Source: an uncultured Burkholderiales bacterium (GTDB lineage Bacteria; Actinomycetota; Acidimicrobiia; IMCC26256; PALSA-610). Taken from it: a DNA stretch of 41,925 bases. The stretch is taken from contig CAZLEC010000001.1 of assembly GCA_964558245.1 (NCBI GenBank), positions 1 to 41,925 of the forward strand, read 5' to 3'. How positions within the stretch are numbered: the stretch's first letter is position 1; every line of letters begins with the position of its first letter. Shown piece by piece: positions 22,251 to 31,385 of this stretch. A program made the position numbers and the translations under genes. The notes beneath the pieces were generated by a model. The model saw only the letters and a list, made by a program, of their open reading frames with translations. It searched no databases and was not told where the DNA came from.

Positions 22251-24461
22251 ATGCGCGCGCAAAGCTCACCAGTTCGTCGCCGCGGGCGGTCGATAATCGC
22301 CGGCGCGATCCTCGCGGCGCTGTTGTCGAGTCTCGCGGTAACGGTCGTGACCCAATTGTGGACGTTGCCGATGCACGTTCCCTTCCAGTACGCGCATTCA
22401 CCCGGCGACGACGAGCAGGACGCCACGCTCGACTTGATGCTGATCAAGGACATCCACGAGACGGGCTGGTTCAACACGAACCCGGCGTTGAACGCGCCGT
22501 TCGAGCAGCACTGGGCCGAGTGGCCGATGGGCGGCGATCTTCTCGCGTACACGGTGAAGAAGGCGCTCGTCGACACCACCGGCGACGTGCCGCTCACGTT
22601 CAACCTGTTCTGGCTGCTGACGTTCCCGCTCACCGCGCTCGCCGCGTTCCCGGTGCTCCGCGCGCTGCGGTGTTCGTGGTCGTCGGCGATCGTGGGCGCC
22701 GCATTGTTCTCGTTGGCGCCGTATCACTTCCGCAACGGCGCGGCGCACGAGAACCTCGCGTTCTACGTGGGCGTTCCCGTCGTCGTGCTGCTCGCGATGA
22801 AGATGCTCGGCCCCGACTCCGGGCTCCCGTCGGTCGCGGAGCTCCGGCATCGCGCGTCGTGGTGGCGGATCCGGTGGTGGCTTCTCGGCGTCGTGCTGGT
22901 CGGCGTCACCGGGATCTACTACCTCGCATTTCTCCTCGCGCTCGTCGGCCTCTGCGCGTTGGTGAGTGCGCTCGCGCGCCGCCGCCCCGGCCGGCTGGTG
23001 ATCGCGGGCGTGCTCGGCGCGGTCGGCCTCGCAACTTCGGCGGTCGCGAACCTACCCACGCTGCTCTACCGCTGGCAACACGCCACGAACCTGCTCGGAG
23101 TGCCCGATCGCGTGCGGGGCGAGTCGGAGTTCTACCCGCTCCGGATCGTCGAGATGCTCAGTCCGGTGACGGCGCACCGCTTCGGTCCGTTCGCCGCCCT
23201 TGCCGATCATCTCTACCAACCCGGGCAGGAGGGGCTCGCGACCGCGAACCTCGGGCTGCTCGCGTCGATCGGCTTCGTGTGCGCGGTGGTTGCCGTTCTC
23301 GTGCGCGGTGTTCGCGGTACGGATCGTCGGGGCTGGGCGTTCGAGGCGCGGCTCGGCGTCGTCATGATCGCGGCGTTGCTCATCGCGACGGAGGGCGGGT
23401 TGAGCCGGGTGCTCGAGCTCGTCGGCCTCCAGGGCGTGCGGGCCTGGAACCGGATCGCGATCGTTGTTGCGTTCGCGGGCATCGTCGTGCTCGCACGACT
23501 TCTCGATCGTGGACGCGTGCTGCTCCGCCGGCGGCGCGTTCCGGGCTTCCGTCTCGTGTGGGTGTTGCTGCTCGCGCTCGTTGTGGTTGTCGGGGTGCTC
23601 GATCAGGCGTCGCCCGCGTTCATGCCCGATCCCGCCGCTCGGGCGAGCCTGTGGCGTTCCGACGGCGCGTTCGTCACATCGATGCAACGCCAACTTCCGA
23701 AGCACGCGATGGTGTTCGAGCTGCCGGTCGTCGACTTCCCCGATCACAGCGCCGTCCAGCGCCTTTCGGCCTATGACCTGATCAAGGAGGGCTACCTGCA
23801 CTCGTCGACGCTGCGGTGGAGTGCCGGCGGCGTTCGTGGGCGCGACGGCGAGTGGCAGTGGCCGGCTTCGAGGCTCCCGATGCGCGATCTCGTCCGAGGT
23901 GTCACTGCGATGGGCTTCTCGGCGTTGACGCTCGACCGCAATGGGTATCGCGACAACGGCGCCTCGGAGGTGAAGCAACTCGAGGCGTTGCTCGGCGAGC
24001 CGATCGCGACGAGTGCCGGCCGCCTGCTCGCGTGGGACCTACGGCCGGCCGAGGCGACCTTGCTGGCCGGCATGAGTACGCATGCGCGTCACGCGCTCGC
24101 GCAGCAGATGCTCGACGCGCCGCGTGTCTACCTCGCTTCCGACGTAGACCCGCTCACGAATCGGGGCGACCCCCTCGCCATTTGTGCTCGTGGTGTCGTG
24201 ACGCTGGTGAACCCCGGGCGCGGGTCGGTGCGCGAGGAGCTCGAGCTGGCACTCCATCCGCGGCAGCTGCCGGCGCGCCTGGGCAAAGTGACGATCGACG
24301 GGACGGCGCTCGCGACCACGAACGGCCGGCACGGAACCGACGTGACGGTCGAGCTCCGGCCGGGTACGACCCGGGTGCAGATTGCCGTCGACATCGGCGC
24401 CGTGCGCTGCCAGTCGACGCCGACGAACGGCATGCCGTCAATCTCGGCGCGGTTCCGTTAG
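22251..24461 (+). CDS. 736-aa polytopic membrane protein with a large C-terminal soluble domain (putative GT-C-like envelope glycosyl/phosphoglycerol transferase; family not firmly recognised)
   Basis: ATG 22251 starts 3 nt after the kinase stop. The first loop is acidic (SPGDDEQDATLDLMLIKDIHETGWFNTNPALNAPFEQ). About 12 hydrophobic segments follow, then a ~260-aa C-terminal non-membrane domain. Confidence 0.75.
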   Translation: MRAQSSPVRRRGRSIIAGAILAALLSSLAVTVVTQLWTLPMHVPFQYAHSPGDDEQDATLDLMLIKDIHETGWFNTNPALNAPFEQHWAEWPMGGDLLAYTVKKALVDTTGDVPLTFNLFWLLTFPLTALAAFPVLRALRCSWSSAIVGAALFSLAPYHFRNGAAHENLAFYVGVPVVVLLAMKMLGPDSGLPSVAELRHRASWWRIRWWLLGVVLVGVTGIYYLAFLLALVGLCALVSALARRRPGRLVIAGVLGAVGLATSAVANLPTLLYRWQHATNLLGVPDRVRGESEFYPLRIVEMLSPVTAHRFGPFAALADHLYQPGQEGLATANLGLLASIGFVCAVVAVLVRGVRGTDRRGWAFEARLGVVMIAALLIATEGGLSRVLELVGLQGVRAWNRIAIVVAFAGIVVLARLLDRGRVLLRRRRVPGFRLVWVLLLALVVVVGVLDQASPAFMPDPAARASLWRSDGAFVTSMQRQLPKHAMVFELPVVDFPDHSAVQRLSAYDLIKEGYLHSSTLRWSAGGVRGRDGEWQWPASRLPMRDLVRGVTAMGFSALTLDRNGYRDNGASEVKQLEALLGEPIATSAGRLLAWDLRPAEATLLAGMSTHARHALAQQMLDAPRVYLASDVDPLTNRGDPLAICARGVVTLVNPGRGSVREELELALHPRQLPARLGKVTIDGTALATTNGRHGTDVTVELRPGTTRVQIAVDIGAVRCQSTPTNGMPSISARFR

Positions 24462-25399
24462 ATCAGCGCGCGCGCACCGGAGGCGGCGTCGGGGCGGGGA
24501 ATTCGAGCGGCCATCACCCACGGACCGCTGGTCGCGTGGTGCAGGTCCGCGCCCGGTTGGGCTCGGCGCCGGCTCGGCATCGGGATCGGCTCCGGACGCG
24601 CGAGCAGGGCCCCGCCGCGCGCGCCGTAGCAATTCGACACGTCGAAGCCGGCGGGATCGAGGTCGGCGGCGCCGCGAGTGATGAGCACAATATTTCCGAA
24701 CACGTTGACGTTGGACACGACCTTCGGGAGGTGCGCGCACGCCATGACCAACTCGAACACGAACACGGTCAGCGGCGTCTCGTCGGTCGTGAGCCAGGGT
24801 CCGACGGTTGCCGTGTGCGCCCATGACCAATCTTCGATGACGTACGCGCCGCCGGCGCGCAGCCGCGGAAACAGGCAGTTGAACGTGGCGCGCGTCGGTT
24901 CGACGAGGTGCGACGCGTCGTCGACGACCAGGTCGATCGGCTCGCCGTCGAACTCGGCGTCGAGGATCTCCCGCAGCCGTCGTGCGTTTGCCTGATCGAC
25001 ACCGCAGTACGCGGAGACGGTCTTGCCCAAGCCTCGCGTTGCAATGAAGTGCGTCAGCGCTTCGCTCGGCGTCGATCGGCGGTCGATCGTGACGAGCTTC
25101 TCGGGCTGCGTGATCTCCGCGAAGAGCGCGGCGCTGGCGCCGTCGTACGTGCCGACCTCCACGATGCGTTTCGACTCGAGGTGATGCAGGAGCTGCTCGT
25201 ACTGCTCGACTTCTCCGCGCGCCTTCAAGAGGCAGAAGTGTCCAGGCTCGGACCTGAATCGGCGGCCTGTGGGTCGGCAGGCGTACTCGATCGCGCCGAT
25301 CTCGAACGACTCGTCATCCCGCCAGGCCAACACGACGGGCGATCGTACGACGGTTCGTCGGCGCGGTGACGGGATCCCGGCGAGCGCCGAAGAATTCAC
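24458..25399 (-). CDS. Class I SAM-dependent methyltransferase, CmcI / cephalosporin-hydroxylase-like
   Basis: Motif I-like IVEVGTYDGASAALFAE and DLVVDDASH, followed by GGAYVIEDW. Its stop overlaps the stop of the convergent gene 22251-24461 by 4 nt. The start codon is uncertain (GTG 25399 lacks a well-spaced RBS). Confidence 0.75.
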   Translation of the reverse strand: MNSSALAGIPSPRRRTVVRSPVVLAWRDDESFEIGAIEYACRPTGRRFRSEPGHFCLLKARGEVEQYEQLLHHLESKRIVEVGTYDGASAALFAEITQPEKLVTIDRRSTPSEALTHFIATRGLGKTVSAYCGVDQANARRLREILDAEFDGEPIDLVVDDASHLVEPTRATFNCLFPRLRAGGAYVIEDWSWAHTATVGPWLTTDETPLTVFVFELVMACAHLPKVVSNVNVFGNIVLITRGAADLDPAGFDVSNCYGARGGALLARPEPIPMPSRRRAQPGADLHHATSGPWVMAARIPRPDAASGARALI

Positions 25400-25513
25400 C
25401 TCTTGGACTCGCTGCGGCCCGCCCCCTGCCTTCGGCGCGGCGGCGAAATGTCACCGGCGATCGCACTAGCGTCGGAAGGCAAGCGTGATCGTTCGAGCCT
25501 TGGAGTCGAAGCC

Positions 25514-26275
25514 GTGACCGCCACGATGCAGCCGTCTCCACCCACTCACGCGGCGGTCGCGGCGCGTGCCGTCGACGCCTCGAAGCTGTACGGAGCAGGT
25601 GAGGCCGAGGTCCGCGCGCTCGATCGCATCTCGGTCGAGTTCGCGGCGGGCCAGTTCACCGCGATCATGGGCCCCTCGGGGTCGGGCAAGAGCACGCTGT
25701 TGCATTGCCTCGCCGGACTCGATCGCGTCACGTCGGGGCACGTGTACCTCGGCGATCTCGACATCACCACGATGCGCGAAAAGGCGTTGACCCGCGTTCG
25801 TCGCGATCGTCTCGGCTTCATCTTCCAAAGCTTCAACCTCATTCCGACGCTCACTGCCCTCGAGAACATCACGCTGCCGATGGTCGCCGCCGGCCAGCAT
25901 CCCGATCAGCAGTGGCTCGACCACGTGATCGACATCGTCGGGCTGCGGCCGCGCCTCGCACACCGGCCTTCGGAGCTGTCGGGCGGCCAGCAACAGCGCG
26001 TGGCGGTCGCCCGGGCGCTGGCCGGGCGCCCGGAGATCGTCTTCGCCGACGAGCCCACCGGCAACGTCGACTCGAAGGCCGGCACGGAGATCCTGAACTT
26101 CATGCGGCAGGTGGTGAACGACCACGGCCAGACCATCGTGATGGTCACGCACGATCCCGCGGCGGCGAACTACGCCGACCGGGTCGTGTTCCTGGGCGAC
26201 GGCGCGATCGTCGACGAGGTAGTGGCGCCGACCGCCGACAGCGTGCTCGCGCGCATGCGCAAGCTCGGCGGCTAG
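25514..26275 (+). CDS. ABC transporter ATP-binding protein (MacB/LolD-type)
   Basis: GTG 25514 is 8 nt after GGAG; an alternative is ATG 25526. Motifs: Walker A GPSGSGKST, Q-loop FIFQSFNL, signature LSGGQQQRV, Walker B IVFADEPTGNVD, H-loop VTHD. Confidence 0.93.
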   Translation: MTATMQPSPPTHAAVAARAVDASKLYGAGEAEVRALDRISVEFAAGQFTAIMGPSGSGKSTLLHCLAGLDRVTSGHVYLGDLDITTMREKALTRVRRDRLGFIFQSFNLIPTLTALENITLPMVAAGQHPDQQWLDHVIDIVGLRPRLAHRPSELSGGQQQRVAVARALAGRPEIVFADEPTGNVDSKAGTEILNFMRQVVNDHGQTIVMVTHDPAAANYADRVVFLGDGAIVDEVVAPTADSVLARMRKLGG

Positions 26276-26280
26276 GCGCC

Positions 26281-28836
26281 ATGTGGCGGATCTCGCTCAA
26301 AGCCATCGCCGCGCGCAAGGTCCGCCTGCTGCTCACTTCGGTCGCGATCGTGCTCGGTGTCGCTTTCATGGCGGGCACACTCGTGCTCTCCGACACGATC
26401 TCGCGCACGTTCAACAACCTCGTCTCGAACGTCAACGCGGGACTCTCCGTGCAGGTACGCGCCAAGGCCTCGTTCAAGGACGTCGAAGGCAACCAGCAGC
26501 GAAACCGGATTGACGCAAGTCTGCTCGGCACGATCCGGCGCGTGCCCGGCGTCAAGGACTCGGCCGTGAGCGTCAGCGGGTTCGGCATCATCGTCGACAA
26601 GGCGGGCAAGGGGCTCAATACCTCGGGCCAAGCGCCGCCACTCGCGTTCGCGTGGGCGACCAGCGCGACCCTGAATCCGATCCACCTCGTCGCCGGCCAT
26701 GGTCCGACGGCCGACGACGAGATCGTCATCGACAAGCATTCCGCCGATCTGACCCACTACAAGATCGGCGATCTCGTGCGCGTCGTGACGGTGTCGGGCT
26801 CGGGTTCGAGCGCCCGCTACCGGCTCGCGGGCATCGGGAAGTTCGGTTCGGCCGACAGCCCCGCCGGCGCGTCGCTCGTCTTCTTCACGCCCGCAGTCGC
26901 CGAGCGCCTCCTCGCCAAGCCCGGAAAGGTCGACTCGATCCAGATTTCCGCCGAGCCCGGCGTCTCGCAGTCGACACTCGTACACCGGGTGAGCGACGCG
27001 CTCGGCCGGCCGCGCGGCATCGAGGTCGTCAGCGGTGCGTCGGTCGTGCAGGAGCAGCAGAAGACCTTCCAGGACAACTTCAAGTTCTTCTCGGTGTTCC
27101 TGCTCGTGTTCGCGATCGTCGCGCTCATCGTGGGCTCGTTCGTCATCTACAACACGTTCTCGATCACGGTGGCGCAGCGCCTGCGCGAGAGCGCGCTGCT
27201 CCGGGCGATCGGAGTCTCACGCCTCCAGGTGACGATGGGAGTGCTGCTCGAAGCGCTCGCGACTGCGGTGGTCGCGTCGGTTGTGGGGCTCGGGCTCGGC
27301 ATCCTGATGGCAAGTGGCCTGAAGGCGCTGCTCGGCGTGTTGGGCATCGACATCCCGGCCGGCGGGACCGTCGTGAAGAGCGGGACGATCATCGTCTCGC
27401 TCGCGGTCGGGATCTTCGTGACGCTCGTCGCCGCGGTCATGCCCGCCTTGCGGGCGTCGAGGGTGCCGCCGATCGCGGCCATGCGCGAAGTCGCGCTCGA
27501 AGACCGGCGAGCGAGCCGCGGACGCATCGTTGGTGGCACCATCGTGACCGCGCTGGGCCTCGTGAACCTGCTCAGCGGCCTGTTCGGCGGCGGCGGCGGG
27601 AGCGCGGGGCTGAAGATCGCGGGCGGCGCGCTGATCATCTTCTTGGGTGTGGCGATTCTGGGGCCGCTGTTCGCGAAGCCCGCGGCGCGCTTCATCGGTG
27701 CGCCGCTGCCCGCGCTGCGCGGGATCACCGGCCGGCTCGCTCGCGAGAACGCGATGCGCAACCCGAAGCGCACGGCATCGACTGCCGCCGCGCTCATGGT
27801 CGGTGTCGGGTTGGTCGGCTTCGTCACGATCTTCGCCGCCTCGGCGAAGGCGTCGGTCAACCACGTGATCGACTCGGAGATGAAGGCCGACTACATCATC
27901 AACACGTCGGGCATCGGAAGCGCGCTGCCGCCGGTGATCGAATCCGAGATCAAGCGGGTTCCCGGTGTCGCGATCGCGTCGGGTCTGCGCATCGGCTCGA
28001 TGAAGATCGGCGCTTCGGTCAAGCAGGTGGAGGCGGTCGATCCCGCGGTCGTCGATCAGCTGTTCGACATCGGTGTCACGAAGGGCAGCGTGGCGGATCT
28101 CGGCTCCGACGGGATCGCGGTCTACAAGAACAACGCGAAGTCGCACCATTGGGTCATCGGTTCGCGCGTGCCCGCGGAGTACGCCAAGACCGGACCCGCG
28201 ACGTTGACGGTGCGGGCGATCTACAACGAGCAGGTGCTCGCCGGGCCCTACGTCATCTCGCTCGCGAACTACGAGCACAACTTCGCCGACCAGTCCGACA
28301 TCATCGTCATGATCAAGACCGCTCCCAACGCGGGGGCATCGGTTCGCACCGGCATCGAGTCGATATTGAAGCGATACCCCAACGGCAAGCTGCAGAACCG
28401 CGCAGAATTCAAGGCCGCGCAGGCCAAGCAGATCAGTCAGCTGCTCAACTTGATCTACGCGCTGTTGATGATGGCGATCGTGATCGCGGTGTTCGGCATC
28501 GGGAACGCGCTGGCGCTGTCGATCTTCGAGCGGACGCGCGAGATCGGGCTGCTTCGCGCGGTCGGCCTGAGCCGCAAGCAGGTGCGATCGATCGTGCGCT
28601 GGGAGGCGGTGATCATCGCGCTGTTCGGCACGCTGCTCGGACTGCTCATCGGGGTGTTCTTCGGGTGGGTGCTCGTGCACGCCATCGCCGACCAAGGGAT
28701 CAGCCGGCTGAGCTTGCCGGCATCGCAACTCGCCGTGTTGGTCGTGCTCGGCGCGTTCGTCGGTGTCCTCGCCGCCTGGTGGCCCGCGCGCCGGGCCGCC
28801 CGCCTCGACATCTTGAAGGCGATCACGACCGAGTGA
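26281..28836 (+). CDS. ABC transporter permease with two FtsX-type domains (MacB-like, 851 aa)
   Basis: ATG 26281 is 5 nt after the ATPase stop. The N-terminus is the MacB-type MWRISLKAIAARKVRLLLTSVAIVLGVAF. There are two copies of the large extracytoplasmic domain plus 4-TM FtsX module (RESALLRAIGVSRLQV and REIGLLRAVGLSRKQV). Confidence 0.93.
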   Translation: MWRISLKAIAARKVRLLLTSVAIVLGVAFMAGTLVLSDTISRTFNNLVSNVNAGLSVQVRAKASFKDVEGNQQRNRIDASLLGTIRRVPGVKDSAVSVSGFGIIVDKAGKGLNTSGQAPPLAFAWATSATLNPIHLVAGHGPTADDEIVIDKHSADLTHYKIGDLVRVVTVSGSGSSARYRLAGIGKFGSADSPAGASLVFFTPAVAERLLAKPGKVDSIQISAEPGVSQSTLVHRVSDALGRPRGIEVVSGASVVQEQQKTFQDNFKFFSVFLLVFAIVALIVGSFVIYNTFSITVAQRLRESALLRAIGVSRLQVTMGVLLEALATAVVASVVGLGLGILMASGLKALLGVLGIDIPAGGTVVKSGTIIVSLAVGIFVTLVAAVMPALRASRVPPIAAMREVALEDRRASRGRIVGGTIVTALGLVNLLSGLFGGGGGSAGLKIAGGALIIFLGVAILGPLFAKPAARFIGAPLPALRGITGRLARENAMRNPKRTASTAAALMVGVGLVGFVTIFAASAKASVNHVIDSEMKADYIINTSGIGSALPPVIESEIKRVPGVAIASGLRIGSMKIGASVKQVEAVDPAVVDQLFDIGVTKGSVADLGSDGIAVYKNNAKSHHWVIGSRVPAEYAKTGPATLTVRAIYNEQVLAGPYVISLANYEHNFADQSDIIVMIKTAPNAGASVRTGIESILKRYPNGKLQNRAEFKAAQAKQISQLLNLIYALLMMAIVIAVFGIGNALALSIFERTREIGLLRAVGLSRKQVRSIVRWEAVIIALFGTLLGLLIGVFFGWVLVHAIADQGISRLSLPASQLAVLVVLGAFVGVLAAWWPARRAARLDILKAITTE

Positions 28837-28860
28837 CCGCGGGATGGCGCTTGGGCTCGT

Positions 28861-30828
28861 TCAGGGAGCCGCGTGGAACACGTCGTGCGGCACGGTGACT
28901 CCGGTGTTCAGGGAGATGATGTCGGCGAGGGTGTGGCGGTAGTTCACGCCGTACGCGCTCATGATCTCCGGCAACGCCTTGTCGTTCAGGTAGAAGAACC
29001 GGTCGCCGTCGCGCAGCTTCTGGAACTGGTCCTTCCAGATCGCGAGTTGGAGCTCGCCGAACTCGGTTCCGGGAACGTGACGCTCGCTCACCATTCCGAC
29101 GAACGCGTCGATCTTGTCGACACTGCCGTAGATGGCCCGCAATCGCGAGGCGAGGGTCGTGCGCCGCACCCCGGTGACGGCGTTCTCCTGGGCGCCGGGC
29201 CCGGTGGGGTCGATCAACTTCCCGTTTCGGTCGCGCAGCTGTACGAAGTCGAGGATGTGGGGATCGTTGATCGTGAGGCCGGCTCCGAGGGCGTCGGTCG
29301 ACTCGCCGGTGATCGCCGTGAAGGAGGTCTTGGGTGGCAATCCGTACGCGCGGCGCATCGCGTTGTAGCTCGGCATGCCGTGGTCGCGGCCGCGCATGAT
29401 GTCGTCGACGCCGAGATCCGACACGTCGGAGAAGCACTGCGGGTCGACGACGGGGGTCTGGCAGGCGGCCGGATCGGTCGTGCCGGGCTTCGGTATCTCG
29501 AAGAGCACGCTGCGCATCGTGTTGTCGATCTGCTCGTCGTTCTTGTACTCGTGCTCCTCGCCCAGCGCCGCGAGCATGGGGCCGAGCCCGATCTGCTGCA
29601 GCAGGGCGGGATTGCCGAACGCGACCGACAGCGGGATCGTGAGGGTGTGCTGGCTGATGTTGTCGGTGACGGCGATGCCGTCGGCCGTGAACGCCGCCAG
29701 CTGGGCGGGGGAGTACTCACCGTCGAAGAAGTCGACGTCGAACTCGCCGTGCACCATCGAATGCGCGCGGAAGCCCACCGTGGCGAACTCGTCGGTGATG
29801 CCCGGGTTCACGTTCTTGTTGTATCCCCGGTACGGCGAGAGCTTCACGCCCAGGGCCGGAAGGAACTGGGTGTACGTGATGTACTCGATTTCGGCCCCGA
29901 CGACGCGCCGCGCGATCTGGAACTTCGTTTGCGGGGTCAGCGACTTCGGAAGCTCCGCGACGATGCGGTTGTGCTCGCGCGCAAACAGTGTCTGGATCGC
30001 GGTGAGCGCGAGGTTCTCGTTGGCCCGCACGTCGCCGGCGACCACCGTGTCGGTCGGGTTGCCCATCTCCTGGCCGAAGAGGTCCATCGCCGGTGCCTTC
30101 GCGGCGTTGCCCCGGGCGGTGACGGAGGGCAGGTAGCCATTGGGCAGGAGCAGGGTGGCGCTGTTGTCCGACGGGTTGCCGTCGAGGGAGCCGTTGCGCA
30201 ACCAGTCGAGGCGGGCCGCGGACACGCCGTAGACGTTCGACCCGTCGATGAAGCTGCTGAGCGTGTTGACCTGCTGGCGCGTCGACGAAGTGCCGGTCCC
30301 CGGCGCGGCGGGTGTCCGGTTGAACGCGATGCTGCCCAGATCGTCGGTGAACGATTCGAGTGGATCGCTCGCGTTGAACGGAACCGGCACGCTCTCCGCC
30401 GGTGTTTCGTTGCGCAGACCCATGTCGTGGTCGAGGAACTGTCCCCACGCCCAACCCCATTGCGAGATGTTGTTCTCGGAAAAGAGGTTTTGGCCCACAT
30501 CGTTGAAGATGCGATTGCTGACGTAACGGGCGTTCGGGCCGCCGACCATCTTGGCGATGCCGTCGGCATAGTTCGCGGATGCGACCCGTGTGTAGTTGGT
30601 GCCGGCCTCGCCCCATTTTGGGTGTGCGGCGTTGTTGGAGGCTCCGTTGAGCATGCGAGCCGTGAAGGCCGGCGCGGCGACGGCGGTGCGGGCGCGGCCG
30701 GCGGCGGATGCGCCCGACGCCGCGCCGTCGACGCCGAGCGCCGCCAGCGCGACCGCGATCGCGAGGATCACGGTGCGGGTCGCTGCCGTCGAGAACCCGC
30801 CCGCGCGGGAGCTTCCGCCTCGGTGCAT
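28861..30828 (-). CDS. Secreted haem peroxidase of the animal peroxidase (peroxidase-cyclooxygenase) superfamily
   Basis: ATG 30828 follows GGGGGGAG. The signal peptide is MHRGGSSRAGGFSTAATRTVILAIAVALAALGVDGAASGASA. The distal-His motif is WGQFLDHD (QFLDHD = 30424-30441). Also present are RANENLALTAIQTLFAREHNR, the proximal region VGFRAHSMV and the C-terminal GDRFFY. Confidence 0.9.
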   Translation of the reverse strand: MHRGGSSRAGGFSTAATRTVILAIAVALAALGVDGAASGASAAGRARTAVAAPAFTARMLNGASNNAAHPKWGEAGTNYTRVASANYADGIAKMVGGPNARYVSNRIFNDVGQNLFSENNISQWGWAWGQFLDHDMGLRNETPAESVPVPFNASDPLESFTDDLGSIAFNRTPAAPGTGTSSTRQQVNTLSSFIDGSNVYGVSAARLDWLRNGSLDGNPSDNSATLLLPNGYLPSVTARGNAAKAPAMDLFGQEMGNPTDTVVAGDVRANENLALTAIQTLFAREHNRIVAELPKSLTPQTKFQIARRVVGAEIEYITYTQFLPALGVKLSPYRGYNKNVNPGITDEFATVGFRAHSMVHGEFDVDFFDGEYSPAQLAAFTADGIAVTDNISQHTLTIPLSVAFGNPALLQQIGLGPMLAALGEEHEYKNDEQIDNTMRSVLFEIPKPGTTDPAACQTPVVDPQCFSDVSDLGVDDIMRGRDHGMPSYNAMRRAYGLPPKTSFTAITGESTDALGAGLTINDPHILDFVQLRDRNGKLIDPTGPGAQENAVTGVRRTTLASRLRAIYGSVDKIDAFVGMVSERHVPGTEFGELQLAIWKDQFQKLRDGDRFFYLNDKALPEIMSAYGVNYRHTLADIISLNTGVTVPHDVFHAAP

Positions 30829-31058
30829 CCGGCTCCCCCCGAAAGCTCCCAAACCGCCCGTATCTGCGTACACGATCCCACAGCGGGCGCCGTCCCGCCA
30901 GGGCGGGCGCCGGACGCCCGCCGGTAGGCGGTTTATGCGCCGGCCCATCGTGCCGGGCCGTGGTCGACGGATCCACTGCCGGTCGGGACCAAGGTCATCC
31001 GCTCGGCCCACGGGCGTGCGACCAACGGCCCTACTGGCGGGCCTCGCAGGTGTCGATC

Positions 31059-31250
31059 ATGGAAGCCATGAACATCGTGTGCGAGAACTGTGGTGCGTCG
31101 GTCGTTGTACCCGACATCGACTCGCTGCGGCGGGTCGCACGGGAGGCCACCGCCAGCGAGCCGAAGTCGTTCCTCATCACGACCCGGAACGCGTACGGCT
31201 CTCGTTTGCTGCACCGCTGCGTCGTCGTCGACCGCACGCGCGCTTCGTAG
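31059..31250 (+). CDS. Hypothetical small protein (63 aa)
   Basis: The product is MEAMNIVCENCGASVVVPDIDSLRRVAREATASEPKSFLITTRNAYGSRLLHRCVVVDRTRAS. Codon third positions are strongly G/C, as in the neighbouring genes. There is no clear RBS and I recognise no family. Confidence 0.35.
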   Translation: MEAMNIVCENCGASVVVPDIDSLRRVAREATASEPKSFLITTRNAYGSRLLHRCVVVDRTRAS

Positions 31251-31385
31251 TTTCTTCCTGAATTCAAGATAAATAGACCGGCTTTGGTCGCGGAATTGCA
31301 GCCAAAAGGCTGATATTCAACCCGGGCAGCTGCCGGATCGGTCTTTCGGTCTCAGGGTGCCGATCTCGGGGTCGATGAATGGGGT
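31251..31385 (+). promoter_or_regulatory. AT-rich island; likely promoter/leader of the GGDEF-EAL gene
   Basis: A hand count gives 29 G+C in the 70 nt 31251-31320 (about 41 percent), inside an otherwise very GC-rich window. It lies immediately upstream of GTG 31386. I could not assign confident -35/-10 boxes. Confidence 0.4.

Noticed and set aside
25705-26280. Upstream 192 codons of ORF 25705..28836, and the alternative-frame ORF 26652..28898
   Set aside because: The first overlaps the ABC ATPase gene out of frame. The permease has the family-typical MWRISLKAIAARK N-terminus at ATG 26281. The 748-aa alternative frame is an Arg/Gly-rich shadow.
30902-30922. Perfect 8-bp GC hairpin GGCGGGCG-CCGGA-CGCCCGCC in the peroxidase upstream region
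   Set aside because: It is real as a sequence feature. However, pure G/C stems of this size are expected frequently at this GC content, and it sits in a 5' region with no associated gene end. I attach no specific function.
28873-30927. 684-aa plus-strand ORF antisense to the peroxidase gene, plus minus-strand alternative frames 29717..30976 and 28823..29437
   Set aside because: They have no motifs and shadow-type composition. The minus-strand peroxidase frame carries every family hallmark.
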